From the NCBI GenBank assembly GCA_963665125.2, contig CAXXUK010000002.1, positions 896,001 through 960,000 of the forward strand: a stretch of 64,000 bases of DNA. Direction: 5' to 3'. The notes under the pieces were generated by a model, which had not been told where the DNA came from, made no database searches, and saw only the letters and a program-made list of their open reading frames with translations. The position numbers were made by a program, and so were the translations under genes. Shown one piece after another: positions 63,038-64,000 of the stretch. The stretch comes from an uncultured Desulfarculus sp. Lineage in GTDB: Bacteria > Desulfobacterota > Desulfarculia > Desulfarculales > Desulfarculaceae. Numbering within the stretch: position 1 is the first letter of the stretch; each line of letters begins with the position of its first letter.

Positions 63038-63445
63038 ATGCTCGCGCCAAAAAGAGTAAGACACCGTAAGGTGATGAAGGGCCGGATGCGCGGCAAATGC
63101 CAGAGCGGCAACCGGGTATCCTTCGGGCAGTTCGGCTTGCAGGCCGTGGGCTCGGGCTGGATGACCAACCAGCAGATCGAGGCCGCCCGTATCGCCATTA
63201 CGCGCCACATCAAGCGCGGCGGTAAGGTCTTCATCCGGGTTTTCCCGGACAAGCCCTATACCAAAAAGCCCGCTGAGACACGTATGGGCAAGGGTAAAGG
63301 CTCTCCCGAAGGTTGGGTGGCCGTGGTCAGACCCGGCCGGATGATCTACGAGATCGACGGCGTGGCCAAGGATACGGCCAAAGAGGCTCTGCGTCTGGCA
63401 AGCCAAAAACTGCCGTTCAAGACGCGTATTGTCGAAAGGGGCTGA
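63038..63445 (+). CDS. rplP: 50S ribosomal protein L16
   Basis: QIEAAR, RMGKGKG. Confidence 0.99.
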   Translation: MLAPKRVRHRKVMKGRMRGKCQSGNRVSFGQFGLQAVGSGWMTNQQIEAARIAITRHIKRGGKVFIRVFPDKPYTKKPAETRMGKGKGSPEGWVAVVRPGRMIYEIDGVAKDTAKEALRLASQKLPFKTRIVERG

Positions 63446-63449
63446 GGTC

Positions 63450-63647
63450 ATGAACGCTACTGAACTCAGAGGTCTTTCGGTAGAAGAACTCAACAACAAG
63501 CTGGATGACCTGCGCCAGGAGCTTTTCAATCTGAAGTTCCAAAACGCCACGGGCCAGCTGGACAACCCCAACAAACTGGGGCAGACCAAAAAAGATATCG
63601 CCCGCGTTCTGACGGTCATGCGGGAAATCGAATTGGCCGGTCAGTAA
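63450..63647 (+). CDS. rpmC: 50S ribosomal protein L29
   Basis: ELFNLKFQ.ATGQL, IARVLT; start ATG 63450. Confidence 0.97.
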   Translation: MNATELRGLSVEELNNKLDDLRQELFNLKFQNATGQLDNPNKLGQTKKDIARVLTVMREIELAGQ

Positions 63648-63674
63648 AGGGTACGAAAAGGCTAAGGTGCTTCC

Positions 63675-63938
63675 ATGGCAAATAGTGAACGCGGGAATAC
63701 CAAAGCTCTCACCGGTGTCGTGGTGAGTGACAAAATGGATAAGACGGTGGTTGTCCGGGTGGAGCGCCTGGTCAAACACACTATTTACAAAAAATACGTG
63801 CGGCGCCGGGCCAATTACATGGTCCACGACGAGGCCAATGACTGCCATGTGGGCGATACCGTGCTCATCAGGCAGTGCCGCCCAATGAGCAGGCACAAGC
63901 GCTGGCGCATCAGCAAGGTGCTGGAGCGGGTCGCCTAA
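63675..63938 (+). CDS. rpsQ: 30S ribosomal protein S17
   Basis: [21 protein letters not shown]. Confidence 0.98.
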   Translation: MANSERGNTKALTGVVVSDKMDKTVVVRVERLVKHTIYKKYVRRRANYMVHDEANDCHVGDTVLIRQCRPMSRHKRWRISKVLERVA

Positions 63939-63959
63939 GGGCCCCGAGGAGTAGACGCC

Positions 63960-64000
63960 ATGATCCAGCCTGAAACAAATTTGCAGTCTGCCGACAATTC
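63960..64000 (+). CDS. rplN: 50S ribosomal protein L14 (5' end only)
   Basis: MIQPETNLQSADN after GAGGAG; expected position. Confidence 0.9.
   Translation, partial: MIQPETNLQSADN

Overview
GC-rich bacterial chromosome segment, inferred from gene content (hdrA-flx, ahbC) to be a Desulfobacterota/deltaproteobacterial anaerobe. Four zones. (1) 1-15.2 kb: housekeeping and energy genes, including hdrA-flxDCBA and an HdrD-like Fe-S/CCG gene. Three of these genes are split in the ORF track by in-frame TGA codons at Cys-equivalent positions and are read here as selenoproteins. (2) 15.2-31.4 kb: an accessory island between converging tRNA-Leu(CAA) and tRNA-Met(CAT). It holds two TonB-dependent receptors, a Nik/Opp-type ABC transporter, a methyltransferase, a secreted FmdE-like protein, a flavin reductase, XRE-cupin and AraC regulators, an IS3 element and a truncated DUF6538-type integrase remnant. 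Both TonB receptor genes have a leader of the same design that I cannot assign to a known family: CAnGA-loop hairpins, the last one overlapping an intrinsic terminator. This is the best candidate for an undescribed regulatory system. (3) 31.5-39.9 kb: ychF-like gene, hemB, ahbC and a ClpX-like ATPase. Between hemB and ahbC lie an AT-rich Zn-ribbon/TIR-like gene and a tandem array of four divergent secreted paralogs bracketed by a duplicated terminator. (4) 40-64 kb: the tRNA-tuf-rpmG-secE-nusG-rplKAJL-rpoBC-rpsLG-fusA-tuf-S10 cluster, running into rplN at the window edge. No rRNA gene or CRISPR array was seen. All family calls come from motif recognition by eye; no searches were run.
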